From NCBI GenBank assembly GCA_951406725.2, contig OX597815.1:16926001-16990000 (forward strand): 64,000 nt of DNA. Reading direction: 5' to 3'. The stretch's first letter is position 1, and each line of letters starts with the position of its first letter. Positions 11,653 to 24,895 of this stretch are shown here, piece by piece. The notes below the pieces were generated by a model. That model was not told where the DNA came from. It saw nothing but the letters and a program-made list of their open reading frames with translations, and made no database searches. This DNA comes from Octopus vulgaris. Taxonomy: Eukaryota. Position numbers and translations under genes: made by a program.

Positions 11653-12070
11653 GAAGGCGGCGAGCTGGCAGAATCGTTAGCACGCCGGACGAAATGCTTG
11701 GCGGTATTTCGTCTGCCGTTACGTTCTGAGTTCAAATTCCGCCGAGGTCGACTTTGCCTTTCATCCTTTCGGGGTCGATAAATTAAGTACCAGTTTCGCA
11801 CTGGAGTCGATGTAATCGACTTAATCCGTTTGTCTGTCCTTGTTAGTCCCCTCTATGTTTAGCCCCTTGTGGGTAATAAAGAAATAGGTATTTCGTCTGT
11901 CGTTACGTTCTGAGTTCAAATTCCGCCGAAGTCGACTTTGCCTTTCATCCTTTCGGGGTCGATAAATAAAGTACCAGTTTCGCACTGGAGTCGATGTAAT
12001 CGACTTAATCCGTTTGTCTGTCCTTGTTTGCCCCCTCTACGTTTAGCCCCTTGTGGGTAGTAAAGAAAAA
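11653..12070 (+). mobile_element. Nin/Deu-domain SINE, dimer (head+unit, then headless unit from 11889)
   Basis: Head ggcggcgagctggcagaatcgttagc; B-box-like gagttcaaattcc; core gactttgcctttcatcctttcggggtcgataa. TSD tatatccgtca(c/t)catt at 11637-11652 and 12071-12086. Confidence 0.85.
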
Positions 12071-12351
12071 TATATCCGTCATCATTTTACATATAAGTGT
12101 AGATAAATGAAGCGAAATATTTTATCTAAAACAAAACATGTTCTTTACGTGAACCCTCAACGGAAAGATCCTTCAAATTCATTAAATCCCTATGAGTGCG
12201 AATAAGTAAAAAAAAAAAAAATGAAAAAGAAACGAAAAATCGCTACTCCATGCTGTTGTACACTTTAAAATAATTCGCTTTGAGGATTGACTTGAAACGT
12301 GTCTGACTACGCTAGCAGCAATCGAATAAACTTACCGAAAGAGCGGATTTT

Positions 12352-13170
12352 AGAAGCTGGAACTCGATGATATTATGCATAACGAAATGAACGGAAAAGT
12401 GGAAACAATAAATTTGAAAAGATTAAAGCTTGCATTGAAGTCCAAACGTAATTCAAGGAATCTCATAAATGCCATCAATGCATGGCCGGTTCCGTTGGGC
12501 ATTGTTGTGATGGAATAGTGAATTGGGTGAAACATGAAACAGAGGCATGAGACAGAAGAAAAAAAGAAGAAATATACTCGAGAAAAATCTAAAGGCAATT
12601 GTAGTCGTTTATGCATAAAAAGGAAGATTGGAGGGAGAGAACTTATTGACATTTCTGATTGTGCGCCTGAAGAACAAAGGTCAGTAAACTACTTGAATTG
12701 TAAAGATTGAAGAATTACTGAAACATGCTGCAATAGAACTAGAAATTACTCGCCTGAAACTTGAAGAAGACAGCACACCAAAGCAAATAATTTGTGAAAA
12801 GTAGGAAGCACTGAAAGAAATACATTTATATGGAAACTGCTACATAGACGCCAAAAATATACAAAAATCACAACTCCCCGAATGGAGATATAAAGAGAAA
12901 AACTGAAAGTTTGTTTGTGGTTGCTCAAAATCAAATACTAAACCACACTAGTAAAGCGAGCAAGGGTATTTATTCTATCGCTTCAGCAACCAAGTGCTAC
13001 TTACGTAATCTGTAAGTAGAAAATATTAAGCATATTGTCATAGACTGCAAATCTTAGCTCAGAAAATATGTGACATGATAAGATTTGTCGCAACATACAC
13101 TGGTTAATATGTAAAAATATGGATACAACACTTCAGAAAAGTGGTACATTCATGTACCAGAAAAGGCTGT
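12352..13170 (+). mobile_element. Degraded R4/Dong-clade (RLE-type) non-LTR retrotransposon, post-RT region to CCHC knuckle
   Basis: Across frameshifts: KRLKLALKSKRNSRNLINAINAWPVP, RLCIKRKIGGRELI, GDIKRKTESLFVVAQNQIL, ENIKHIVIDCK, HDKICRNIHWLICK, YGYNTSEKWYIHVPEKAV. These are hallmark R4/Dong motifs. Confidence 0.8.
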
Positions 13171-13174
13171 AAAG

Positions 13175-13345
13175 ACTTGGAGATGCGTAAAACTCGTCGT
13201 TTTCGAAGATGAACACCAAAGCTTGTGCCTCGGAAAGTTTGGTCTGACTGAAAACCACAACAGTTATATCAAGTGACCTGAGGTTGTTGAGAAGGTGGTT
13301 CTGCTTCCAAAGTAACCCAAAGAAATAGACATTCAGGAAAATCAG
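13175..13345 (-). mobile_element. Fragment of APE endonuclease N-terminus from an L1/Tx1-like LINE
   Basis: LNVYFFGLLWKQNHLLNNLRSLDITVVVFSQTKL resembles the NVRGL...K...LL..L....D.....ETKL endonuclease motifs. Confidence 0.5.
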
Positions 13346-13659
13346 AAGGCTCGATAATCTCATTTCTGTGGAAGGACAGGTATTCTGTCCTTCCAGGAAA
13401 ATGTAGGTATTTCCACAAACAGTTTTTATACTCTTTTAATAATGAATTCATCGGAAATCTTCCAGTCCTTTTGGAATATATTGTTTTTAGTTTGTTATAA
13501 GCTGCTTGCATTGTTTAATAATTTGGAACTGCAAGCATATTGCGTAAAGTACTGTCTGAATGAGGTCTTTGTCGTGACTTGACAGACAGTACAAATCCTC
13601 GGTAGACGCAATACGTTCAATCGACAATATCACGATATTGAATACTGTGCGACGTCTTA

Positions 13660-14074
<415 letters not shown>

Positions 14075-14298
14075 GTGCAAAAGATTGTCTTAACTGGTAC
14101 ATCACACGTATTGAGAAGAGCTTTGTCGATGTGAGAACTATTACTACCTATGTATTTTAATTTAACTTAAAAAAAAATGAACGAACTAGTGAGTTTAGTT
14201 TAATGGCCTACCAATGTATACTATGAGTTTCTTTGCCCTATGAGTCGAGAAGACACTCGGCAAGAAATGGAAGCAAATTTGAAAGAAGAAAAAAAAAG
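14075..14298 (+). mobile_element. Extreme 3' end of an R4/Dong element inserted in (TAA)n
   Basis: VQKIVLTGTSHVLRRALSM* (14075-14134) matches the R4/Dong ORF terminus (LQK..LLGT..ILR..L). About 160-bp 3' UTR follows. (TAA)n on both sides; Dong elements are known to target TAA repeats. Confidence 0.75.
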
Positions 14299-14356
<58 letters not shown>

Positions 14357-14358
<2 letters not shown>

Positions 14359-15398
14359 GGTTGTAGGTGACGGTAGAGCCAAGACAGGTAAACTTCACCT
14401 CCTGTAGTCTGTGGTCTCCAATATGTATGTTTGGGATGTCCAATATAGCCTGTCCAAGATGTTGGTCTTCTTGAGGCTGATAACTAAGCTAAAATCGCTA
14501 CATGCTTGCTCAAAACAGTTGATGAGCCTTTGCAGGGCTTCTTCTATGTGTGATGCTAGAGCGGCATCATCAGCAGATAGCATCTCCTTGATCAGGGCGC
14601 TTCTGATTTTGGTATATTGATGCCGAGCTCAATATACGCATTGGCAAGGCAGCTGCTGTGATGGTCCAACTCTCCAAACGGGCATGGGACAACAATAAGC
14701 TGATTAAGACCACAAAAATGAAGATTTGCCAGGCATGTGTACTTAGCACACTACTATACGAAAGTGAGACTTGGACGCCATACACACGCCAAGAGCGTCG
14801 CCTAAATATCTTTCACCTGCGCTGCCTCCGGAAAATTCTTGGCATCAAATGGCAGAATCATGTCCCCAACAAAGATGTCCTCAAGCAAGCTGGAATACCA
14901 AGTATGTTTGCACTCCTCACAAAAAGACGTATGATATGGCTTGGATAAGTTAGCCGTATGGAAGATGGCAGAATCCCCAAGAACATACTCTACGGAGAGC
15001 TTGCTAGGGGCACTAGGTCTGTGGGAAGACTGTTCTTACGATACAAGGATGTTTGAAAAAGGGACATGAAGGCCTGCGACATCAATATTAGCAACTGGGA
15101 AGCAGTTGCCAGCAACCATGGAGATTGGCGACGTACCATAAAAGAGGGAACACAAAGGAGTGACAGAGGGAGAGAGGAGAAATGGAAAGACAAAAAAAGA
15201 CATCAACAAGAAACTATGACATTACAACCAGCTAGGTAAAGTCTTCGCTACATTTGCGGCACCTGCCAGAGGGAACGTTTGTCCAGGATAGGACTACACA
15301 GCCACAGCAGGAGATGTGTTAGGACATGAAATGTAAAAGCCGGACTTGATTATTTTATGCGCAACTCCATTGGTCTCCCAAGACAAAAAGGATGTCAT
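14357..15398 (+). mobile_element. RTE-clade LINE, 5'-truncated with 5' inversion (14357-14614 minus; 14616-15398 plus), (TAA)n tail
   Basis: Minus: TKIRSALIKEMLSADDAAL...LVISLKKT...FTCLGSTVTYNL. Plus: IDAELNIRIGKAAA...STLLYESETW...FHLRCLRKILGIKWQ...MEDGRIPKNILYGEL...CGTC-x12-HSRRC. Contains in-frame stops. Confidence 0.9.
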
Positions 15399-15399
15399 C

Positions 15400-15442
<43 letters not shown>

Positions 15443-16778
15443 GTTTCAAATCTAGGTGCAAGTTGACTACATAGATCCCAATACTAGATTGGTACTTTGT
15501 CAATCCAGAAAGGATGAAAAGTATGATGTTGATTATGATGACGATGGTGATGACAAAAGTTAAAGAAATAGGTGATTTTGCAAGAGGGAGTTTTCACGAG
15601 TTTACGAAAATGTGTAGATAAAGGTAAAACTGTAAACGTGCCAATTATCACGTATAGAATACTAAATATAAAACAATTCCATTTTGTACAACAATTTACT
15701 GTGATGTTATAAATCTTATTCAATCTGGCAGGCGGTGCAGTTGATGAATGATACAGTTTAATAGTTCAAAAATTTCAATTTGCACTTTGTCCATAACATT
15801 TCAATAATATTTGTTTAATTCTGTTTTTATTGCTAGTCACATTTTATCTGTTTGATAAAAAAAACAAAACAAATAAAAACAAAAACAATAGCAAAAAAAA
15901 AACACAACAAAAATCATAGAACAAATCGATAAAACTTATTCTAGTCTCTGTTAACATTTCAATGAATTCATTGATATAGATCAATGACGGAAAGATAGAG
16001 TTTTTTTTTTTTTATCTCTCTTTCAAAACAAATATAATAAAAAGAAAAGATAAATCTACGAGAATATATTGGAAAATACACACCAAGTTATAAATTAAAA
16101 AAAAGGAAAACGCTTAAGGAAACAACACTTCGTAAAGATGGTAAATATGACAACAGTTCCGGTACATGATTACTACAGTCAATCATTTGAATTGATTCTG
16201 CCCATCCTTGGGTCACGTTTGACATATCAACCAGCAATCAGTTAGTTCTTAGATACTAAATGAGATTGGAATGGCCAATATTTGTAAACATAACCGAACG
16301 TTATTTCATTGTTTTTTGTTTTACACTCCATAAAATACACAAAATATGAAAAACAAAACCAGTTGACGAGTGTGCATCTATGTGGTCGTTTAATCTGCTA
16401 GAAGTAGAAGCTATGACCACTTAAAATTACACCTCGTGGCCTTTGAAGAAAGGGAGGTCAATGCAAAATCCAGATTTCTGAAAGAAAATAAAAGGAATGA
16501 CTTTGAGTGTAGTTTGCTTCATGAGGGTTGATCTATGACTAAACAGCAATATTCAATAAATTATTTCTGCCCCCTTCCAATCTGTGTATTGTGTATTAAC
16601 ATCGAATTAATATACTTAATGAAATGAGCATCGTACAGACAATATCCTTGTCTGTATGTAGCTGCATATCCCAAATGTATAGACTTCGCTATTCTTGCTG
16701 TCAAGTACAGAAGATGTATTATTTAAAGTTGTATCGTTCTCATTTCATTAAATATTAACTTAAACATTACACTCCATA

Positions 16779-16924
<146 letters not shown>

Positions 16925-16976
16925 GACTGTGTTTAATTGTGCTGAACAGACCATCCTTGAATATATAAATAAATAT

Positions 16977-17240
16977 GGTCATTATTCACATTATTTACAT
17001 TTGACGGATATTTGTTTGTTGTTAACACAACGTTTCAGCTGATATACTCTCCAGCCTTCATCAGGTGTCTTGGGGAAATTTCAAACTGGGTCCTCATTCC
17101 AGAGGTATTTTTCAATGCTATTATTATTATTATTGTTGTTGTTGTTGTTATTCATGCCACTGCCCAGAATCGAACTCTGAACATTGAGGTTAGTAGCCTG
17201 CGCTCTTAACCACTATGCCGTATGCCCGTGGGCATATGGC
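16977..17240 (-). mobile_element. Composite short element: tRNA-like Pol III head + (CAA/TAA)n + Penelope-type tail with minimal hammerhead
   Basis: On minus: A box CGGCATAGTGG, B box GTTCGATTC (17159-17230); acac-CTGATGA-aggctg...cagct-GAAAC-GTT-gtgt (17025-17068); 5' hairpin gccatatgccc-ac-gggcatacggc. Confidence 0.7.
17025..17068 (-). ncRNA. Minimal type I hammerhead ribozyme motif
   Basis: Intact CUGAUGA and GAAA boxes, stem I acac/gtgt, stem II gctg/cagc, palindromic AACGTT in place of stem III. Confidence 0.65.
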
Positions 17241-17604
17241 ATATGTTTATACACATTTATAACATACTGAACCAACTGAACCCTGTGCACACATACAAAT
17301 ACACACACACATACCCACTCATACATACTCACACTTCTGACACACTGAACGCAGATGAGTTTATCAGGTTTTCGAGTAATCTTTTGCTGAAAGTCTATTT
17401 GTGTTGAGATTATATTTGAGAGTCTATTTACAACAGGATTATATAATGTATCTATAAATTCACTATAATCCATTACCTGGCAGTTAGCTTTCCAAATCTA
17501 TAGATTTATGTTTAAATTATTTTATTGTCTATATACCCTGATTAAATTAATAATAAAAATAATTGGGAGGAGTACATACACCATACATATATCATTATAT
17601 TGCA

Positions 17605-17910
<306 letters not shown>

Positions 17911-18239
17911 AATGAATTAATTTCATTGCAATTATAAGCATAAGCATTTATGTATTTAGTATTTGGGTATTTTACCAGCAGTATATTGGATAACTGATAT
18001 CCCATAGTGAGTTACTTTCATAACCCCTATCTTACTTTGTACTATATATATATATATATATATCAAAGGTTTAACAGAAAAACACATGGAGAAAAAGTTA
18101 GGCGAAAGCAGACCAAATGGGAAACTAGACGAAAACTTAACGGACGGGAAATTTTAACAAAGACATGATAAACAGAGTATTCGCAGCTGAGTTCTCCTCG
18201 TCAGTCAATGATCCAAAATATCATAGTGGTTTCGCGTCA

Positions 18240-18560
18240 TTACCATTGAGCCCACTCAACTTTGGAGGCGACAGTGCTGTTATTAAGCTGCTGGGAAAAG
18301 CTACCGAATGTATACTAAGACAGAAACAAACAAGACATTACATAAATACAACAGACAAAGAATTATGCATGTATAACAGCACGAAGCCTTACGGCTATAT
18401 GCAACAGAAGAAAAAATTATTATTATACATGTACCACAAATGCAACAGAAAGAGCTTTGCAGCTACCGAACGAACTTAGTGGGGTTGCGCGAAGATGAAA
18501 TGGAGTAAGTCTTAGTGGACGTATCAGGAGCCCAGACGAGCATGATCAGTCTGGTCAAAG
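18240..18560 (+). pseudogene. Degenerate Penelope-like element GIY-YIG endonuclease remnant
   Basis: PLN...AVIK...KQTRHYINTTDKEL.MYN.TK..., then ATELS if the 4-bp duplication in gctaccgaacgaacttagt is removed. Resembles PLE CPL..VIYKA..YIG.T...R..NH...TELS. Confidence 0.5.
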
Positions 18561-19091
18561 GCAGGGCGAAAATGAACAACACCGCCTTCACCGGACACCG
18601 GTCACGTGGTAGGGAAGAGGAAGTACTGAGAGAAGGAAAGAATGGAAGGAAGAGAGAGAGAGAGAGAGAGATAGAGGGGGGATGAAGGAATAGAAGGATT
18701 ACAGAAACAGAGTGAAAATGAGATAAGAAAAAGCTACAAGGGAAGCAAGCAAGGGTGGAAAGAAAGGGTAAGAGTGCAGAAAGAAGTAGAGTAAGAGTAG
18801 AAGTGGAGAGAGATATAGTAAGAGGGAAGGGGGAGAGAATGAAAAAGAAAGGGAGACAGAGAGAGAAGAGAAATGTACAAGGGAGGCAAGCAAGAGCAGA
18901 AAGAGAAAGAGTGAAGAAAGAGATAGAGTAAGGGTAGAGGAGGAAAGAGACAGAGTAAGAGTAGAGAGAGTTAAGTGTCGCACAATATTCAAGGAATATT
19001 TTTTTACAATGAAGTAAACAAACAGGGTGTGCGTTTCGCTACATGGATGTATCAAGGGTTGAACAGAAAGAACACGACAAGGAGAAAAAGC

Positions 19092-19525
19092 GGATCTTTT
19101 CGGTTTGATCGGCAGTTTTTAAAAATAATTTCCACGTAACTAAACACTTTTAAACTTCGTATACTAGTAGAATGTGTTTATAAAACATCTTTTTCTCTTG
19201 GCTTTATTGAGAAAACTCTGTATTTTGTAAGATATTTATTGTTTTTCTTCAATTTCTGCAATTTCAACCAATCAATGACGTCTATTGAGGTGAAAACATT
19301 CTGTGTCGTATGGATATGTCCCTCGTTTAAGAAACAGATTGGGTTTATTTACATTTCTGAAGAAAAAAAGATACCCTTTCCCCACCCCTAACCCTAACTA
19401 ACCCTAACTCTAACTCTAACCCAAAAACAGATTGAAATGCAATAGATCAATACTAGGGTCATAATTATGGGTGACAATTTCATATGACACCGCGAGAAAA
19501 ACTACCGGTCAAACTGAAAAGATCC
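19092..19525. mobile_element. MITE with about 29-bp TIRs, 8-bp TSD and internal (CCCTAA)n, copy 1 (Merlin-like ends)
   Basis: TIRs GGATCTTTTCGGTTTGATCGGCAGTTTTT / AAAAACTACCGGTCAAACTGAAAAGATCC. TSD GAAAAAGC at 19084-19091 and 19526-19533. Confidence 0.85.
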
Positions 19526-20129
19526 GAAAAAGCTAAACGGGAAACCAGACGAAAACTTAGAGGACGGGAAATTTAGAAAAAGATACGATACACGGAATAT
19601 TTACTGCTGAGTTTTCCTTGTCATCAAATCGATTTGTGTATCAATGTTATTGCTTAACCTTCGTCAGTTCTGATAATCTTATTCACTAAAGGCGTTCCAG
19701 TAGTGCTTATCTCGACTTTCATTGAAATATAGTATATCTTTTATGACATTATCCACGGAGAAGTTCTTTTTAAGACGGATTTTGAGTGAAAACTGAGAGC
19801 TATTTCTACTACGCTTAGGTTACTCTCTTGACCTTTGTCAAGGAGAGATCTCATCAATTAGACCTATCACTGTAGAAATTTCATTTGTATCCACACAATA
19901 TTTGATTCAGAACTTTGTATATTTAGAACAACATCAGCCAGCCATTCATTTTTACAAATAAGTTTGTAGGGTAGAATTTTGGTTAGATGTGACTGCTATT
20001 TCTAGCTGGTCGAGCAACTTGATAAATGTTGCTCGTTGTTTTGGATCTTCCTATATCGTTTCGATGATACTTTATTATTCTAATTTGTTCTTTGAAATAC
20101 TCACTGCTGTTATTATTGTTGGTACTGTT

Positions 20130-20510
20130 TGTTTGTTTGTTTGTTGAGCGAAGCGGTCTTCATCCCAGAGTGGGAGAAGTCGGAAACGTGGTCCTTTGCT
20201 ATTCGTAAGACCTGCAGAAGAGAAAGCAGGTCAAACCCTCGACACCGAGAGCATCGACGGATGGATGAATGTGCATCCAAGCTCAGCGGTTGCGTAGGAA
20301 GTCGGGGATAAGAAACAGGAAGAAAGAGTGAGAGAAAGTTGGGGCGAAAGAGTACAACGGGGGTCGCCACCCCCACCCCCCTGCCGGGGCCTCGTGGAGC
20401 TTTAGGTGTTTTCGCTCAATAAACACACACAACGCCCGGTCTGGGAATCGAAACCGCGATCCTCCGACCGTGAGTCCGCTGCCCTAACCATTGGGCCATT
20501 GCACCTCCAC
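20130..20510 (-). mobile_element. Full-length tRNA-derived SINE with (CAAA)n tail
   Basis: Minus: gtggaggtgcaaTGGCCCAATGGttagggc...gGTTTCGATTCCc head. TSD ttgttggtactgtt at 20116-20129 and 20511-20524. Confidence 0.85.
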
Positions 20511-21137
20511 TTGTTGGTACTGTTGATAGCATTGTGGCTTTCTACTGTTAGCAGTAGGTTATTTCGAGGCGTTAAATAAGTCTTAAAACATGCTTACACC
20601 TATCGAAATCATTGCTCTTCTATTTGCTAGCTAATTAGCATTCATAATGAGACGCAGGGTGGTGAATTGGTTCAAATCCCACCGAGGCCCAACTTTGCAT
20701 TTTAAGCTTTCAGGGGTTAATAAAAAAAAAGTAAGTTTGGCGGAATGGCAAGACTATCTGAAGAATTTCAACCGTGTTTCGTGGTCTGCTACCACAATAG
20801 TTCCTTTATAGGATCCAGTTAGCTCAAGACATCATCAGGAGGAACTACGTCCGGTTTCGGCCCCTACTCCTCTACCGGTTTGACGTGGCGGCTCCATCAC
20901 TTTTGGCGGTGTCTTCAGCTCTGGTGTTGGGTGCATGTCTTCTTTCTTCTTCTTTCTTCTGTTCCCTGGCCTCTTCGATGTAGCGTCAACGAGTGTCAGC
21001 GGACAGGAAGCATTGCAGTATCTAACCATGCTTCATGCGTTCTGACAACAATCCCAAAGACTAATCTGAAGCCTTTTTTTGTTGGGCAACATCCGTAACG
21101 TAGAGAGAAGAGACTTGCATGCATGAGCAATTGCTAG

Positions 21138-21461
<324 letters not shown>

Positions 21462-23858
21462 CATTGAACACACCAGGACTTATGGAATAATGTGGCTCTG
21501 GATTCTCTGATATCGGTAAAAGACGGGTTAGTCATGGCTGAAGCACGTTTAATTATAAATCTGCTCGACCTGATAAACAACAACAGCAACGATAATAGGC
21601 TTGCACGTGTCTACGTGACACGTTAGAGATGGCAGTCAAAATTCGTTCACTTCTCATTTTACTGTCTTTAAAAGAGGAAGGAGGACATATGTTATCCTTG
21701 TCATCTTTAGAAAGATGGGATAAGTGTAACTAGTATGGGTCAGGTGTAACTGCTTGTCTAGGATTAACATTGACCTCTAACAAGGGTTAGAAAGAATGGC
21801 ACAATTGACCTCTATGAGGTTTGAACTCAAGACGTGAACGGCCGTAACTGAGTACAACTCGCATTTATATCCGACGTTATTACGGTTTTGCAAAGTTTTA
21901 CAACAATTTACAATAAACCAGAGGACTGAGAAACCTGAATGTATGTGGAGAAATAACAGCTAAATTTCCATTAAGGAAGGACACGTTCGTTAGTGTTGTC
22001 CGAAATTTCTAGGTCTAAATATAACAACGGGTGGTCATGGCTGGAGCGTCTTTGATCAGAGGTTTGCTCAATAAGGTCTAAATAACATGACAATGTACTG
22101 ATGTTTATATTTTTTTCTATTTTACTTTGCAATGAGGATTATAAATTAAGGAAATCAAGTCTTTGAAATTTTAAGAAAAGCATAAAAACTAGGTTTCCGG
22201 TTGGTCAGGCTACTACATCTGCTTTCGGTTGGATTTAACAGGTGAAGAAATAGAAAAGATTTACTGATTATGCAGTCTGCTTGAAACGTGCATGTTTTAC
22301 TTTGCATCTTAGATTTATTTGCTTCAATAAAACCAATTCGTGAGAACGCAAGACGTGCGTGCACCATGGATTTATCAACATTTGTATTTAAAGTCCAAGT
22401 TAGTAATAGCTTAAGAAGAAGTTGAGGCGGTGTATTAATGAAAGCAAATAAGAATTGATGATTTTTCAACATGTTTTGTACTAGTTCAGATTAATTTCTA
22501 TTACAGAATAATAAAGAAACATGATCTTTCGGCATCAGTTTCCCATGCTTCGTCTTAACTTAATATTATTAAAAGAAAGGTTAAGACCTGCCAGCGTTTT
22601 TGTCTTCTAAGATTCTGTAACAATAATATTAACTTGAACGCAATTTGATTAAGAAAACACATTGATATTAATTCTAATTGATTATGAATATATTATAACG
22701 AACAAACCCACATATTTTTGAGAAGATGTGAAATCAGTTTAACGAACCCCAGTACGTGATAAATATTTTATCGACTTCAGACAATATTCAGCTTGGCAAT
22801 TTGTCCGACGCTGTAATGATTCTGTCATTCCGCCAGTCTTGAAAAAATTATGATAATGAATTTCTTTGCAATAATATCCTATTTCTAGAATGTTTACTTC
22901 AGCTGACGAAGATGGTATAAATTACCAAGCTATCCAAATCATTTTTAAGTGAAGCGGTACAAATAAAATATATTTTGTGTTTGGTTAATCGACGATTATT
23001 CTCAATTGTCCAATTCCAGAAGTTAATCTTCTTAGGAAAGTTTTAAAAATTATCTTTATTATCAATGCTCTCAGTAGCCAAGTCCAGTCTTTCAGCACAA
23101 GAAAACTGGCTTTCTCTCTGCATTCAACTGGAATAAATATACTGAAAACTGATCCTTTTTCAATCTGCAGTCACGCAATTCCAATAGAAACTGTCAACAA
23201 TTTCTTTCTCCTAAGATATCAGTCTAGTCAAATTATTCTTAATCAGTCTTCATCTAGAACTGTTACCAGCTTTCAATCTATGAATATTCTCAGTTCAATG
23301 CATTTATATATTTATTTTATAACATATCTTCTATGGACTGTTGTTTCTCTGGGGAATATCTGCGTTAGAATTTCCTGCTAGAATAAACCTTGTAGTGATA
23401 TAGATATCCTAAGGAATAATATCCTGCCATTTAGTATCACTTTCGAATAGATTTCAAAATAGCTTCCATTTACAATGTCTCCACTGTAGAAAAATAAGTC
23501 AATAGAGTCAGTCACACAGTAACCTCTTGATAATATTTCATTAAGGGAGCCTCCACGTGGTCACTGGACTGCTGAAAATGCAAGCCAAATCTCCTCCAAA
23601 TCTATTCTCTACCGTTTTAAAATAGTTGGAAAAGACGATTATCATGTCTGGAACGCCTTTATCGTGGGTGTGCTTGGTTAGAGTAGATTTTGGGTTAAAC
23701 ACCAATGGCGACGACGATAGCGACAACAACGAGTGAGCTTCTATTCCGTTATTGGATCTGTTTGAAATAACAGACAACTATTTCCCTGTTCTAACCCGGG
23801 ATTAAATACTAACAGCTAACAACATATCAGATCTTATCAAGATTTTTCTAAAACCCTA

Positions 23859-24203
23859 GAGCACCGCCTTAAACGGTTGTATCGAATGAATCGATACCAG
23901 AACTTTTTTTATAAGCTTATTCTTTCGGTCTCTTTTGTCGAACAGCTAGGTACGTGGATATAAATACACTAACACCGGCTGTGAAGCGGTGATGGGGTGG
24001 GGGGCACAGACACAAAGGTACAGACACACACATATGCACACACATACGACGGGCTTCTTTCAGTTTTTGTCTTACCAAATCCGCTCACAAGGCTTTGGTC
24101 GTTTCGAAGCTATAGTAGAAGACAGTTGCCTAAGATTCCACGCAGTGGGACTGAACCCCGGAACTATGTGATTGGGAAGCAAGCTACTTACCACATAGCC
24201 ATG

Positions 24204-24206
<3 letters not shown>
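23859..24206 (-). mobile_element. Meta-domain tRNA SINE, diverged copy
   Basis: Reverse complement aligns with 36887-37282 (ggctatgtggtaagtagcttgc...gccttgtgagcggatttggtaagac...aactgaaagaagcccgtcg). Confidence 0.8.
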
Positions 24207-24268
<62 letters not shown>

Positions 24269-24812
24269 CCTCATATGCATACATGCACATGTATATTATA
24301 CACAAATTAGAGAAATTTGCTATATATGCACACACACGCGCGCGCGCACACACACACACGCATATACCTATATGTATGTATATGTGTATGTGTGTATGCG
24401 AGTATGTATGTATGTATGTATGTATAATACCAATACCTTACAGGTGCACAACACTTTCTCTGCCGGTGTACTTTTAAAGATGTATACTTTTGAAGAAATA
24501 TAATAGCATTAAAATATTTGCATAACTGTCAATTATTCATTCATATAAATATTATTCTGTCTTGCATTGCGTACTTTTTTAGAGACTTAGTTGTCTGGGA
24601 TGGAACCCATAAACTACCCTCTTTCTCTCTATCTAGCTACCTAGCTATGCACACATACATATACATGAATACACAAATATACATACACATATTAATGTTT
24701 GTTTTTTTTACCGATTTATAACAAAGATAATTTAACATTACTGAAGGATTACTCAAAACTTTGGTAGCGTACATATGGGCCATATTTACTTTATAGACAT
24801 ATGTGTGTCAGT

Positions 24813-24895
<83 letters not shown>

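Noticed and set aside
17159-17230. Functional tRNA gene (also 20430-20510 and 36887-36960)
   Set aside because: Imperfect cloverleaf pairing and continuity with SINE or retroelement bodies.
20835-21029. GC-richer minus-strand ORF or exon
   Set aside because: No recognisable homology, stops in the most protein-like frame, and no clear splice sites.
22150-23500. L1/Tx1 endonuclease remnant on minus (RFILAGNSNA)
   Set aside because: One weak motif; too decayed to call without a search.
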